Below are positions 24,776 through 37,643 of a DNA stretch of 64,000 nucleotides, one piece after another. Numbering within the stretch: position 1 is the first letter of the stretch; every line of letters begins with the position of its first letter. The notes beneath the pieces are model-generated. The model was given only the letters and a program-made list of their open reading frames with translations, was not told where the DNA came from and made no database searches. A program made the translations under genes and the position numbers. Origin of the DNA: Octopus sinensis (lineage: Eukaryota); assembly GCF_006345805.1 (NCBI RefSeq), contig NC_043003.1:1116001-1180000 (forward strand), read 5' to 3'.

Positions 24776-26420
24776 GCATGGCGAATATATGACGGGCTTC
24801 TTTCTGTCTGTCTACCAAATCTACTCACAAGGCTTTGGTAACAGCAGAAAACACTAGCCCAGGGAACTACGCAGTGGGACTGAACCTGGAACTGTGTGAG
24901 TGGGAAGTAAGCTTCTTACCACACAACCACGCCTGCACTAATTTGCTGGTTTTATTTAAGTGCAACTCTGATCGATATTCACATCGAAGCTATTTCTATA
25001 GTCTTGATTGATTAAAGCAATCGTGGTCACCATATATTAAGTGTTTTCTCGTTTATTTCTCCGAATTTCTGCAGGATATAATCAGAGGTATCCTATAATG
25101 AGAAATCATACTTGTGAAAAAGACAAAAATAAATAAATGAAATATATCTCTGCGTCTTCCCCGAAGGTATTAACGACGTCAACCAAATGAAAAGATTCCT
25201 AGCTTATGCTGAAGGCAGAACGTCAGTGCAGCCGCCATTATTGTACAGCTTATTCCAAACGTAATTGCGGATTTTTCCGATTGACAGCCAAAGACTCATA
25301 TTCTCTCGTCTTTGTGTGACCGAATAATCAACTGCTAATCTGATGTGTGTTGCATAATTCCCGTCAAGTTCACGGAATATTAAATGAAATAAAATTAGAT
25401 TAACGTGTCAACAATTTTTTTTTTTTACATATTTGACTAATTCCTTTGTTCAGTTCAGACAAACGGAAGTCAAAGAAAGCAGTCGTTGTCCGTTAGATGT
25501 CATCAACTACAACTCTCATCTTAGTTTTTATTCCAATGAGACAACGTGATTTTTTTGATAGCAGTATAGGATACGTTGGATAGTCTCAGATTTACAATGT
25601 TTCATTAAAAGAAAAATCGATGGGATGATCACGACTGGAATTTATTTTTTATTATAAATTCATTCTATTAAGGCTGATTTGGGATTTCGAAGGCCAAGTG
25701 TTCTACTCTTTTTAGTTTGGGTCTAAGTCCGTTGGCTACTGGAGATAAGACTATTCTTTTCCTTAATTACATCGCAACACTGAAGAATTCTTGACTCATT
25801 AGATAATCTCCCCTTCTCAAGTGGAACTGGTTTTGGTAACTATGATACATCTTCGAGAGACGGAGATAATTCTAATAAATCAAGAATTTATGTTGTATGG
25901 CATTTGATAGACCTACATTCGTCTTTGTTCTTCAAATAGAAGCCAGTGGCCACTCTGACTTATTTCTATCACGTTTTTGTTAAAATTATACAAATTACTT
26001 CGGCCATCAATATGTTCTACTCTTTTTTTTTTTTTTTTTTTGTAAAAGTCTAAGTCACTTGGCAACAGGCGATAAGGTCGGACAATTGCTGTGCTGATGA
26101 CGCCGATTGAAACAGAAACACGTGTGCACCACTGTCCCCTTATCTCCGAATAATAAGCCCACTCTTTTACTTAATGGACACAACACGCCGCCAGGAATCG
26201 ATCCTGAGCCGAATACTCTTACCGTTAAACTACGTGCCTTAACCTCTGGGTGTGTGTATGTGTGTGTGCGTATGTTTGTGGTGTGTGTGTGTGTGTGTGT
26301 GTGTGGTATGTGTGTATGTGTGTGCATGCGTATGTGTATGTGTGTATGTGTATGTGTGTTTGTGGTGTGTGTACATGTGTGTGTACGTGTGTTTGTAGTA
26401 TGTGTGTGTGTTTGCGTTTG

Positions 26421-26465
<45 letters not shown>

Positions 26466-26528
26466 TTATATTAAGAGAGTTCAGACTGAACGCCCAGACC
26501 GAAGTCCATCGTCCGCGGAGAGGAGGAG

Positions 26529-26654
26529 TCACTCGTTGAATCCTTCCCGGCTCCGTTCTGTGTCGCTGGCCTCGCTGAAACATCGGACATCATTGTTCGG
26601 AGTCACCTTTCCGTTGACTTGGCTTACTGTGTCAAACAGGCTGGAGCAGAACAC
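26529..26654 (-). CDS. Candidate terminal coding exon of an unknown host gene (41 aa plus stop)
   Basis: GC-rich unique island between microsatellites. A pyrimidine-rich (CTA/CCA)n tract is followed by CACCAG| and VFCSSLFDTVSQVNGKVTPNNDVRCFSEASDTERSREGFNE*. The other two minus frames stop quickly. No homology recognised. Confidence 0.3.
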   Translation of the reverse strand: MFCSSLFDTVSQVNGKVTPNNDVRCFSEASDTERSREGFNE

Positions 26655-26664
26655 CTGGTGACTC

Positions 26665-26696
26665 ATAGTAATGTGGTAGTAGTAGTAGTAGTAGTG

Positions 26697-26737
<41 letters not shown>

Positions 26738-27045
26738 GGTGGTGGTGGTGGTAGTGGTAGTAGTGTTAGTAGTAGTAGTGGTGGTGGGGGGGTAGTGGTA
26801 GTAGTAGTAGTAGTAGTAGTAGCAGTAGTAGTGGTGGTGGTGGTGGTACTGGTAGTTATAGAAGGCAGCAAAGATGAGAAAGAGATGAGAAGAAGAAGAA
26901 GAAGAAGAAGAAGAAGAAGAAGAAGAACAACAACAACAACACAACAGCAAAGGGGAAGGGGACGAAGCGGAAGAAGGGGGAGGAGAGAAATAGGAAATCT
27001 TGGAAGAAGGAAGAGAAGAAGTGGGGGAAATGAAAGAAGAAAGTA
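26665..27045. repeat. Compound (TAG)/(TGG)/(GAA)/(CAA) microsatellite and purine-rich tract
   Basis: Seen directly. Confidence 0.9.
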
Positions 27046-27503
27046 AAAAAAAAAAAGAAATAAGGGAGATTTGGGTTAAGAGAGAAAGAAGAGAAAAGAA
27101 ATTCGGTTTCTAAATGAAGGGCAACGAATAGAAATGTGTGTAATTAGTTTTCTATTTTTGCCTTTAATGTGTCTCTATAATGGAGGAGAAAATAAAAATA
27201 TGGCGGTCGATACGAGCGTGACACTGTGAATAGAATGTATACATATACACTATATATACATACATACTCACACACACCACACACACACATATATTATATA
27301 TATATATATATAATATATATATATATTAGTATAATATATACCACATATCATACACACACATATACATATATATATGTATATATACATATATAGTAGAAAT
27401 GAGTCATTAAATGTTGGGAGAAAACCAGAAAAAGTAGTAGTAGTAGTAGTAGTAGTAGTTTTCAGATCTCGAATTTGCTGTGTCCTTGTGCCAAAAATTT
27501 AAA

Positions 27504-27545
<42 letters not shown>

Positions 27546-27708
27546 ATATTATCAAAAACTAGCAAAAACTGTCCGATGAACGGCAACGGGAAACTCAGAA
27601 TAACAGGTTTTGTTGAATTTTCTTCTGCTTTAAATAAAGCATATTACTCTACCACTGGTATTTGAGTACTCTTTTTTCCACCTTGTTTCACATTTATGTG
27701 TTTACTCC

Positions 27709-27754
<46 letters not shown>

Positions 27755-28034
27755 ATATATATTATATATATATATATATATAATAATATATATATATATA
27801 ATATATATAAAATATTTATACAGTTTTTACGTTCTGAGTTCAAATTCCGGCAAGGTCGACTTTGCCCTTATATCCTTCGGGAGTCGATAAAATAATTTAG
27901 CAATCGATCACTGGGGACGTTCCCTCTCCAATTCCTCTTCTCCCACTCATATCTCGATACTTAGAGCGGTAGCATTCGCTCTTACCATTTTTGCAATTTT
28001 CAACTACATTTCAATAAATTCCCCCGAAAACAGC

Positions 28035-28073
<39 letters not shown>

Positions 28074-28189
28074 CTCACTTTCCTTTTCAAGTGAAACTTA
28101 AATAATAACAACCCTCACAATTAAATTCATGATGTCTTCTTTATTCATTTTGATTTCTGAAATTTAGGTACGATAGACTGAGAAATTTC

Positions 28190-28599
28190 ACAGCAGCAGA
28201 ACCTCGGTTTTCGAACAACTGATCATGAAAAACCGTGCTTTATATATATTTATATCTATATATTGATATATTGATAAAACGGTAAGATAGCAAAAGAAAG
28301 AAAGAGACCTCAATATTATGTAAATAGAGGAAATTTATCTATACAATATGTTACATTACTCGGTAGTCAAGATAAAACTCTGAGTTTCAGATGCCGAAGT
28401 GGAAATCCACAACACCATCTCTTCGGATAACCGAAGAGATGGTGTTGTGGATTTCCACTTCGGCATCTGAAACTCAGAGTTTTATCTTGACTACCGAGTA
28501 ATGTAACATATTGTATAGATATATATTGATATAGATATATATATAAAGCACGATTTATTCGTGATCAGAGTTGCTCGTAAACCGAGGTTCTGCTGCTGT
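28190..28599. repeat. Nested foldback: perfect 91 bp inverted repeat (28336-28426/28431-28521) inside a diverged outer inverted repeat
   Basis: The inner arms were checked base by base and have a 4 nt spacer ATAA. The outer arms ACAGCAGCAGAACCTCGGTTT../..AAACCGAGGTTCTGCTGCTGT are imperfect. Confidence 0.95.
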
Positions 28600-28726
28600 A
28601 TAACTAATTTTTACTTCGATTTCTTAAATCTCACGAAAGTTGACATTATTTGTAATTCTTTTAGGGTATGATATACCAGCTAGTAGGGTAGGTAGTACTA
28701 AGTGTATATATACATATACAGGTTTA

Positions 28727-28950
28727 AGGCGGCGAGCTGGCAGAAGCGTTAGCACGCCGGGCGAAATGCATAGCCGTATTTCGTCTGCCGTTACGTTCTG
28801 AGTTAAAATTCCGCTGAGGTCGACTTTGCCTTTCATCCTTTCGGGGTCGAGAAATTAAGTACCAGCTTCGTACTGGGGTCGATATAATCGACTTAATCCG
28901 TTTGTTTGTCCTTGTTTGTCCTCTCTATGTTTAGCTCCTTGTGGGCAATG
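28727..28950 (+). mobile_element. Full-length SINE family A monomer
   Basis: AGGCGGCGAGCTGGCAGAAGCG..GAGTTAAAATTCC..TTGTGGGCAATGAAGAAATA followed by (TA)n. Confidence 0.88.
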
Positions 28951-31776
28951 AAGAAATATATATATATACAGGTTTAGGTTTATAGGCTAAGCACAGACAA
29001 TTGTCCCTCAATAAGATCGATCTAAACGACTGTTTCATGCTTGCAGGTGATTTATTACTCCACAACCCTTTCAGACCCATCACAGCCAACCTTCACCCGA
29101 TCACATGATCACTTCTCTTTCACCCTAACCTTCTCCCCCTCATTTACTCTAAAAATATCAACTACATTTACTTCCTTCTTCTCCGGATCAATAATCCGAA
29201 ATCGATTTCAAATTATCCCTGCCCAATTCACATTATCTTCTTTCTAATTTCACTAAAGCGATAAATTCTAACGCTTACAACTCATGATACTTTAAGAATT
29301 TGAACCCCAACAGCAAGATTTTCAGTTAGGGATCACGAGTGAGCTGCCACAGTTTCATGTGATTGATCTATAAATCGATCAATCTACGTGAAACTGCGAC
29401 GTGTTTTGGATCTAAAATTCGCCTGCTTTTCACCCTATAAAAATAGTTTGGCGTCTAATTAATCAGACGATTTCATGGGTTCGCATGAACCATCTTGGGC
29501 GCCCACAAAAAGTAGACCGACAAGATCAGACCACCTCGAGCACTCGGACAGACCACCTTGAGCAAGAAACGATTTCGGACACTCACACATGATGTACCAC
29601 AGCTAGCTTTTAACAAGACACAGTGCGGTTCTCTCCTTCCAGTCGGCGGTTATATTACCATCATCTTTTTTTTTTTTAATAAACAACCAACGCAGTAAAT
29701 CATGTCCGGCAATAAATATGTTAAAAGTTCGTGAGTTGCTTCATTTGTGTTATTACACGCCGTCAGCTTGACCACACGACGATGGTCTTCTACACCAACA
29801 ACCGGCCAACCACCACCACCACCACCAACATGCTACCCAATCACGATCTCCCTCTCCACAATGCGTTCATAGCATTGAACACGCGTAGCTTTCACGAGTG
29901 TAAACTAATCTTAAAACGTGAAATTAAAAAAAAAAATTTTTAATTGAATTTTTAAACATTCCCTAACATTTTAGTGATGCCTTTTAAAAAGGCTTTGGAC
30001 AACAGACATTCTAAGTCTGCCAGTTTTTAAAATTAAAACTTTTTTTTTTTTTGAGAAACTGGTTTGGATTAGAAGATTTACAACCGTAATAGTATATTTA
30101 TTTATTGATTCATTTATTTACGTATTCATTTCCATTAATACGGTTCGCTTGTATTTTAAGTGTGTAAACATATATTTTGTTTGCATTTGGAAGCATTTGT
30201 TTGTTTTCCTTTCTGATAACTTAAAACTGTAATTTCAATTCGAAGTTATTATAGATAAAATGAAATTGTAAATATATTTATACATTTCAAATGAGATCGG
30301 AATGTATTTATATGCGAAACAAAATGTATTAATACACATGCACATTAAAAGCAGACGAAATACATTTGCAGCACGATATAAAATACATCAATACACTTGA
30401 AATGCGAAAGAAATCTATTCATATACGAAGCGAAATATAATTATTATTTATACATCTTAAATGCAAACAATATGAATTTGTATTGGAAACAAAGTATGTT
30501 TAAACAATTAAAATGCGAACAAAATGTATTTATATACGAGACACGTGTATCTAAGGCGTGCACATACACACACACACACACACCCACGTTTGGCCCGTGG
30601 TCTCCCTTGACAGAAATCTCTCAAGTATTTACGTATTAATTATCCTTATTCGTAGTTATTATAATTTTAAGTTACAAAAATATATAATTATAATGATGGT
30701 AATAAATAAAAATGATTATAATTCTTTTATTTGCCACTAAGAGGGCGAACATTTGGAGAAGGAAGGTGTGGGGTAACCTGAAACCTTAAGGGGAAATCTT
30801 AAATCGATTTCATCATATTCTGATTGCCATTTCAATCCACCAGAAGGAAAGCAGAATGGTGGCGGTGGTGGTGTGTGTGTGTGGTGGGGGAGCAATCTGA
30901 AATCACTACAGAGGCGTTTATTTTGCCAGTAAGTAACATTGAGTGGGAAGTAGGGTAAAACCATGGTGTGCGTCACAGAAAACAAGTTATATTACAGGTT
31001 TGAAAACGTCACAATTTGGCAAGAAAAAAAAAACATTTCTGGCGAGTTAAAAACCGTTTTGGCTAGCAAAATATCACAGTTCTTATCAAGGAAAAAAACT
31101 CACAAATCTTGCTAAGAAGAAGTCACAATTCTTTCCCAGGAAAGAGCTACAAACCTGGCAGCAAAACAGCCACAATTATGGCTTGGGGGTGGGGGTGGGG
31201 GGTGAGATACACATCTAGCAGGAAAAATATCGTGTTTCTTCTATCAAGGAAAAAGCCTCAGTAAAAAGAGGAAAAAAAAAAGAATCGCATTTTATGTAAA
31301 TATAAAAATGATTAAAGTCAATAAAAACGAATAATTAAAGTCGCTAATGAATTTATTTCACACGACCTGCATTTAAAAGCAGCTCGACTCGTTTAATTAA
31401 TGACCAATCCTGGATGTAAAAATGATCACGTTTTATTGAATCTCATTACCTTTTGTCCGACGCACTAGCGATCCTGACAGCAATAACAGGCGTGGCTCTT
31501 GGTTAAAAAGATCGCTTTTCAACCACATGGTTCCGTGTTCAATCCCATTACACGGCAGCTTGAGAATATATATTCTATTATAGCTCCGGGGCCGGTCAAT
31601 GACTTGCGGATAAATTTGCTAGACGGAAACTATGGGGAAGCCCATCGTATATAGACGACACACACACGTGTTTGCGTGTGTGTGTATGTATGTGTGTCTT
31701 TTGTTTGTGTTTGTCTCTACGACTTGTCAAGTGGCGTTGGTTTGGTTACATCCCCGCCTCCCCGTACTTGACCTTA

Positions 31777-31870
<94 letters not shown>

Positions 31871-31878
31871 TCTGTCTG

Positions 31879-31975
<97 letters not shown>

Positions 31976-32155
31976 ATATATATATATATATATGTACTGT
32001 CGCTTATTATTCAGCTAAACACTTCAGAGTGGAGCGCCAGAATGGCTGCAGTCCAATGACTGAAACAAGTCGACAATAAAACACACACACACACCACACA
32101 CACACACACCACACACACACACACATTCATTCATACATACAAAATACATACATAC

Positions 32156-32202
<47 letters not shown>

Positions 32203-33646
32203 TTGTTCTTGGGTCATTAGAAAACATTTGTCATGTTAATGCTATCTTGTTATCAACAACATACGTACTATTGTCAGCAAAATTCTATTATCTATCTTCG
32301 TCAGTTCTTTGTTTCCCACGTTATCACACACACACACACACACACACCACACACACACACACACACACACTCGTGATTTCAAGAATATGTATGACTTGCT
32401 AATAGATAACGAAATAAATAAGAAACGCATCTCATCAGAAACTTTAATGCGATTACAGCTACAAAGCAAGTTAATTGGTTGGTTTTGCTGTCGAGTGTTT
32501 CAGAAACACAGAAGCCAGAAAAAGAAGAACAAAAAAATAACCTGAGAGAAACAAAAGAAAATTCAGCTCAGAGATGTTTTTTCAAGATGACAGCCGCAAT
32601 CTTTTGCTATCGCTTATTTTTTAATTTTTCATTTGCTTCAGTTATTGGACTGCGGCCGTGCTACAGCACCACTTTGAAGGATGTTGTCAAAGAGATCGCC
32701 CAGTGTACCTCCAGGGGTTTATTCTCGCTTCTTTTTAAAGTCTGGAAGTTATTCTAATTGTCTGTCTTTTATCAAACTGCTAAGTTACGGGGACGTAAAC
32801 AAGCCTTACTCCTGTTATCAATCGATGGTGGCGGCAAACAGTCACACTGAGAGAGAGAAAAAAGAGAGAGGGGGGAGAAAGAGAGAGAGAAGGGTTCCCT
32901 CACTGCTTCCGCCTAGCAAATTTACTCACGAGGGTTCGGTTGGTCTGAGGTAATAGTAAGAAATATTTGTCCAAGGTGCCGCACAAAGGGACCGAACCCG
33001 AAACCATATGTGGCTGCAAAGCTAACTTCTGAACCACTCAACCTTGTTTGCGTTACGTATTTTGAGTTCTTTTTTATGATACAATATAATTAATTCGCGA
33101 AACATTGAAGAAATAGCAACGAAATCTCCTTAAAATCACACTCTGCCTTCTGAAATACAGAAGGATACACAGAACAAGTAATCTTTGATATACAAAAGGG
33201 AGACTACAAGTGGAACACTTGATTATATCTCTCCCTAATCCGGACAGATCTTGGACTAAAGAACAGCAAGCGCACCATAAAATGATCAGAAATTTTATAC
33301 GCCATCAGCTTTTGAAGAATTCTTTGTACAAGAGCCGTCAAGAATGCATTCAGAAACATTGTTTGGTTTTAACGTTTCTTCAAAACACCTTGCAATAGAA
33401 TCGTTAAAGTCAAATCATGTGTTTTGCTGCCCCCATTTCCCCTCCCCCATCAAATAAAAGTTATAATAAATAAACATAGGTGCAGGCGTGGTTGGGTGCT
33501 AAGACATTTGCTTTCCATCCACATGATTCCGGGTTCAATACTATTGCGTGGTCGACCAAAGCCTTATGAGTGAATTCGGTAGGCAGAAACCGATAGAAAC
33601 CCGTCGTATATATATATATTATATTATCTATCTATCTACCTACCTA

Positions 33647-33749
<103 letters not shown>

Positions 33750-34379
33750 ACGGGCTTCTACACAGCCTAATTTAACTCAGGCGATCTTTTCACGTAGCCT
33801 GTCTCCATAATAATTACTTTTTATACACAGAGTAATATTTTTTTCTCTACGAGAGCTAAAGTACGTTTGTAATGTTTTATGTCCTTGTAGGTTGCTTTAG
33901 ATATTACATGCTTTAATGCGCTCAGCATTTTTTGCTTTCATTATTCGCTGCTGACATTCGGTTGCGTCTAATATGGCTGAGCATCTTCTACGTCGTTTTA
34001 TACGGTAATTGCAATACTTTAAGCGACTGAAGTCGAGGATTACATAACAAAATAATACAAAACAAACGAGTGGGCAAACGCCTGGATTTCAGATTGCTTC
34101 TGATCTGTTGTTTGAGAAAGCTACTTAAGTCTTTATTGACTTCGTTCATTCAACAAGAGAATAGGTGCAAGAGGTTTCTTAGCGAAAAACTTTCATTGTT
34201 TTTTTTTTTTTTTCAACAAAACAACTGATGAGAAACAAAGCATAACATACAAGCATCCATAGAAATTGGTTTTTCTTCAAAGCCAGAAGGCTTTTTTGCT
34301 GAAAAGCTAGCAAAAATCTTGAAATATCAATAGACAAATTGCATCATTGTTTATGCTTCATTTCCCATGAATTTGTGTT

Positions 34380-35395
34380 TGGATGATTTTGTTTCGTGCT
34401 GAACTTCAGAAAGATCAGGATCCAAGTTCCAGCAACAGTCCACCATCATATACAAGTTCTATCTTCATTGATACCTTTGCTCCATGGATTTTACGTCCTG
34501 ATGGAAACGTCCCCTCCCCGCTCGTCACTTATGTCACCAAGATTTTCAGGGAATTTACCAAGGTGACTACGGAGATAGTACAGTTTTAAGCTCATATTTG
34601 CACCCAACTTTTGGCAGTTTTCGTGCGTATTGTTAGCTGGCTGTTTTGTTGTTGCCAAGAAAGTCATTTACAACTACTACAAATGAAATCCATGCTGCTG
34701 CTTCAATGCGATTTACAAAGTTCCCTTATTTTATCAATTTTCTGATTTGAGGTCCTTCAACTATTTCAACTTGTCTGTTCCCTGCAGACTGAGAAGTGAA
34801 AGCAGGGGCCATCTTTAACCAAACTGCTTCATAATGCCAAGTTTGATATGGATGATTTTTCCCGGTTGAAATAAAGGCTCTTCAACCACATTAAAACACC
34901 TGGGACTAATGTTCGCTGCTGCCATCCTTTGGTCACCCAATGTTTTGTTTTTCCTGGCTCTACTGTCCCACATATATAAAAAGCATAGCCATTTACTGTA
35001 TCCACTTTATTGCTCCAAAAGAAATTTGGCCATCTTAAAGTCTGTGCATGTGGAGGCACATGGCCTAGTGGTTAGAGCAGCGGAATTGTGGTCGAGGGAT
35101 CGCGGGTTCGAATTTCAGACCGGGCGATGTGTGTGTTTATGAGCGAAACACCTAAGCTCCACGCGGCTTTGGCAGAAGGTAATGGCGAACTTTTGCTGAC
35201 TCTTTCGCCACAACTTTCTCTCACTCTTTCCTCCTGCATCTTGCAGCTCACCTGTAACGGATCGGCGTCCCGCCCAGGTGGGGAACCTATACGCCAAGGA
35301 AACCGGGAAAGCGGCCCTTATGAGCCAGGCATGGCTCGAGAAGGAACAAAGTCTGTGCATATCATCCACAGATGATTGAGGTAGGGTATCTTAAA
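34380..35395 (-). pseudogene. Chapaev3-like (CMC superfamily) DNA transposase relic, interrupted by a SINE
   Basis: The minus strand reads NHLWMICTDFKMAKFLLEQ*SGYSKWLCFLYMWDSRA, HIKLGIMKQF, GPQIRKLIK, AWISFVVVVNDFLGNNK, LGANMSLKLYYLRSHLGKFPENLG and RFHQDVKSMEQRYQ, with stops and frameshifts. The family name is assigned from recalled motifs. Confidence 0.72.
35050..35347 (+). mobile_element. tRNA-derived SINE family C with 13 bp target-site duplication
   Basis: A box TGGCCTAGTGGTTAGAG and B box GGGTTCGAATTTC. AAAGTCTGTGCAT is duplicated at 35037-35049 and 35348-35360. Confidence 0.88.
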
Positions 35396-36437
35396 ATCTG
35401 GACTTGATGGTAAACAATGGACATCACTTCCAGATTCAGTATATCGGAAATTTTTCAAATTAGGTAGAAACGCCCTGACAATAACAACAAAAAACTGTTG
35501 GATTGAATTGTTGTATTTGCAATGGTGAATTTAAATTTATAATATTTTACAAAACACGACGAAATATTTTTGAAAGGCTTTTTAGAAATATTCACGATTT
35601 TATACTTTATAAGTGTTTAAGTTTGACAGAAGCGATAAAGTTAGAACATTAAAGACATTTACGATTGTAAATTGATATTTTTGATTCTTAAATCTGATTG
35701 TTAATTCGTTGTTTTTTCTATGAGAGTAAAGACTTGGTAACACTTTTGGCGGGTTTTTAGTTATTTATAATGTAGCTATTACGTAGCAAGTCATAAAATT
35801 TCCGAATATAAAACGTATCTCTTAGTTTAGTTCATTTGCTGTTCTGTTTATTTCCTTATTTTGGAGAAGAGAAATGTGTGTAGCATGACGCTCTACTGAC
35901 TGAAAGTTGTATATTTATTACAGGTGTGCTAAATTTTAACGACTTCCACACGAAACGTTTTATTATACCTGAGAGGAAGAGGAGGAGGGTGTCATTCTAT
36001 ATCTAGCCGCAAAGAAATGGGGACTTAAAATATGTAAGTGAACGATGATGGTTAATGGGTGTTTATTGTGTTGAAGTATTTTTCTATGTCAAATATTTCC
36101 AGGTCTCGTTAAGTGTTGATTTCTCATATTTATTATGAGTAATAACTTCAAAAAAGCCTATTTTTATTTTCCAACCATGTCAAGTTTGTATAATTTATTT
36201 GAACTTTATTCTTTTAGGTCAGCATTTGTCTCGTATTTTCTTTTATACATTCTGCTTGTCTCAGTCATTGTATTGCGGCCATGCCTAGGCACTGCCTTGT
36301 CGAATTAAGTCGACCCCGGTACTTAATTTTATTTCAAGCTGGTATCTTAACTATTGGTCCCTTTTACCGAAACGTTAAGCTACGGCACACAAACAAACCC
36401 CGGTTGTCAAGCGATAGTGGAGAACAAGCCCAAAGAT

Positions 36438-36817
36438 TAAAGATTATTTGCCAACATAACATTGCAACCATGGTTTAGGACGAATGTTGCTGTAGTTTAG
36501 CCCCAGGAGACATCGTCTCCACCTGGCACGATCTGTGTCCTTGTATTTTCGAACAAGGGAATCTAGCACCCCCACTCAGCTGCAAACAATATCTGTGTAT
36601 CACGATTTCCGGGTTATTTCCTTTCATCAGCACAAAATAATTATATGGACACAGATCGTGTCGTATAGCCAACTGGAGACAATGTCTCCTGGGGCTAAAT
36701 TACAGCAACATTCGTCCTAAACCAGGACTGCCATGTTATGTTGGCAAACAATCTTTACTCCAAAGTACTGTTACTGAATATCTCTCGTTATGAGATTTGC
36801 AACTAGTAATTTTCTAA
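36438..36817. mobile_element. Hairpin (foldback/MITE-like) element with about 105 bp inverted arms
   Basis: Arms 36438-36540 and 36647-36757 are imperfect reverse complements; a second copy lies at 424-615. Confidence 0.75.
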
Positions 36818-37643
36818 GCCCAAAAATGTGAAACGCATATACACGACAGGTTTCTTCAGTTTCCACCAACTAAATTCACTCTCAAGACATTTGTGAGCCT
36901 GGAGCTATGGTAGAAGACACGTGTTCCGAGTGTTGCGCAGTGGGACTGAATCCAAAACCAAATGATTGCAAAGAGAGCTCCTGAACCACACAGCCACGCT
37001 TGTGTCTTTATAACTCTTTTTACATCTTTTAATTGTTCTGGAAACTTCGACGTAGCCTGGATAACAACACTTACACATTTCCCTGTTATTAGAAATGCCG
37101 TAAAGATTAAACCTGTTTTTCTTTTCTTTCTTCTTTTTTCTTTTTACCTTTCCAAATGTTTATCTGACTTTTTCATCTGTTTAAATAAATCTAACGCTTG
37201 AACCGGACAATGGAAGAATGGTAAATTATGCTGTGATATAAAGGCGGTGAGGAACTGGCAGAATCGTTTGCAAGCCTTGCGTAATGCTTACCGGTATTTC
37301 GTCCGTCTTTACGTTCTATGTTCAAATTTCCACCGAGGACGACTCTCATCCTTTTGTAGTCGATAAAATAAGTACCAGTTGTGCGCTGGGGTCGATGTAA
37401 TTGGCAAACTCATCTCCCGAATTTGCTGGCCCCGTACCAAAATTTGAAATCCAATTATACTGATATATTTTCTTCTACACTAGGCAAAAGGCCGGAAGTT
37501 TGGAGGGAAGGGGTTAAGTCGATTACATCGACCCAAGTATTCAACTGCTACTCAATATATCGACCGCGAAAGGGTGAAAGGCAAAGTCGACCTGGGCGGA
37601 ATTTGAACCCGGAACATAAAAGCAGACGAAATACCGCTAAGCA

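Noticed and set aside
31185-31204. G-quadruplex candidate G5-T-G5-T-G6
   Set aside because: Only three long G runs and no contextual support.
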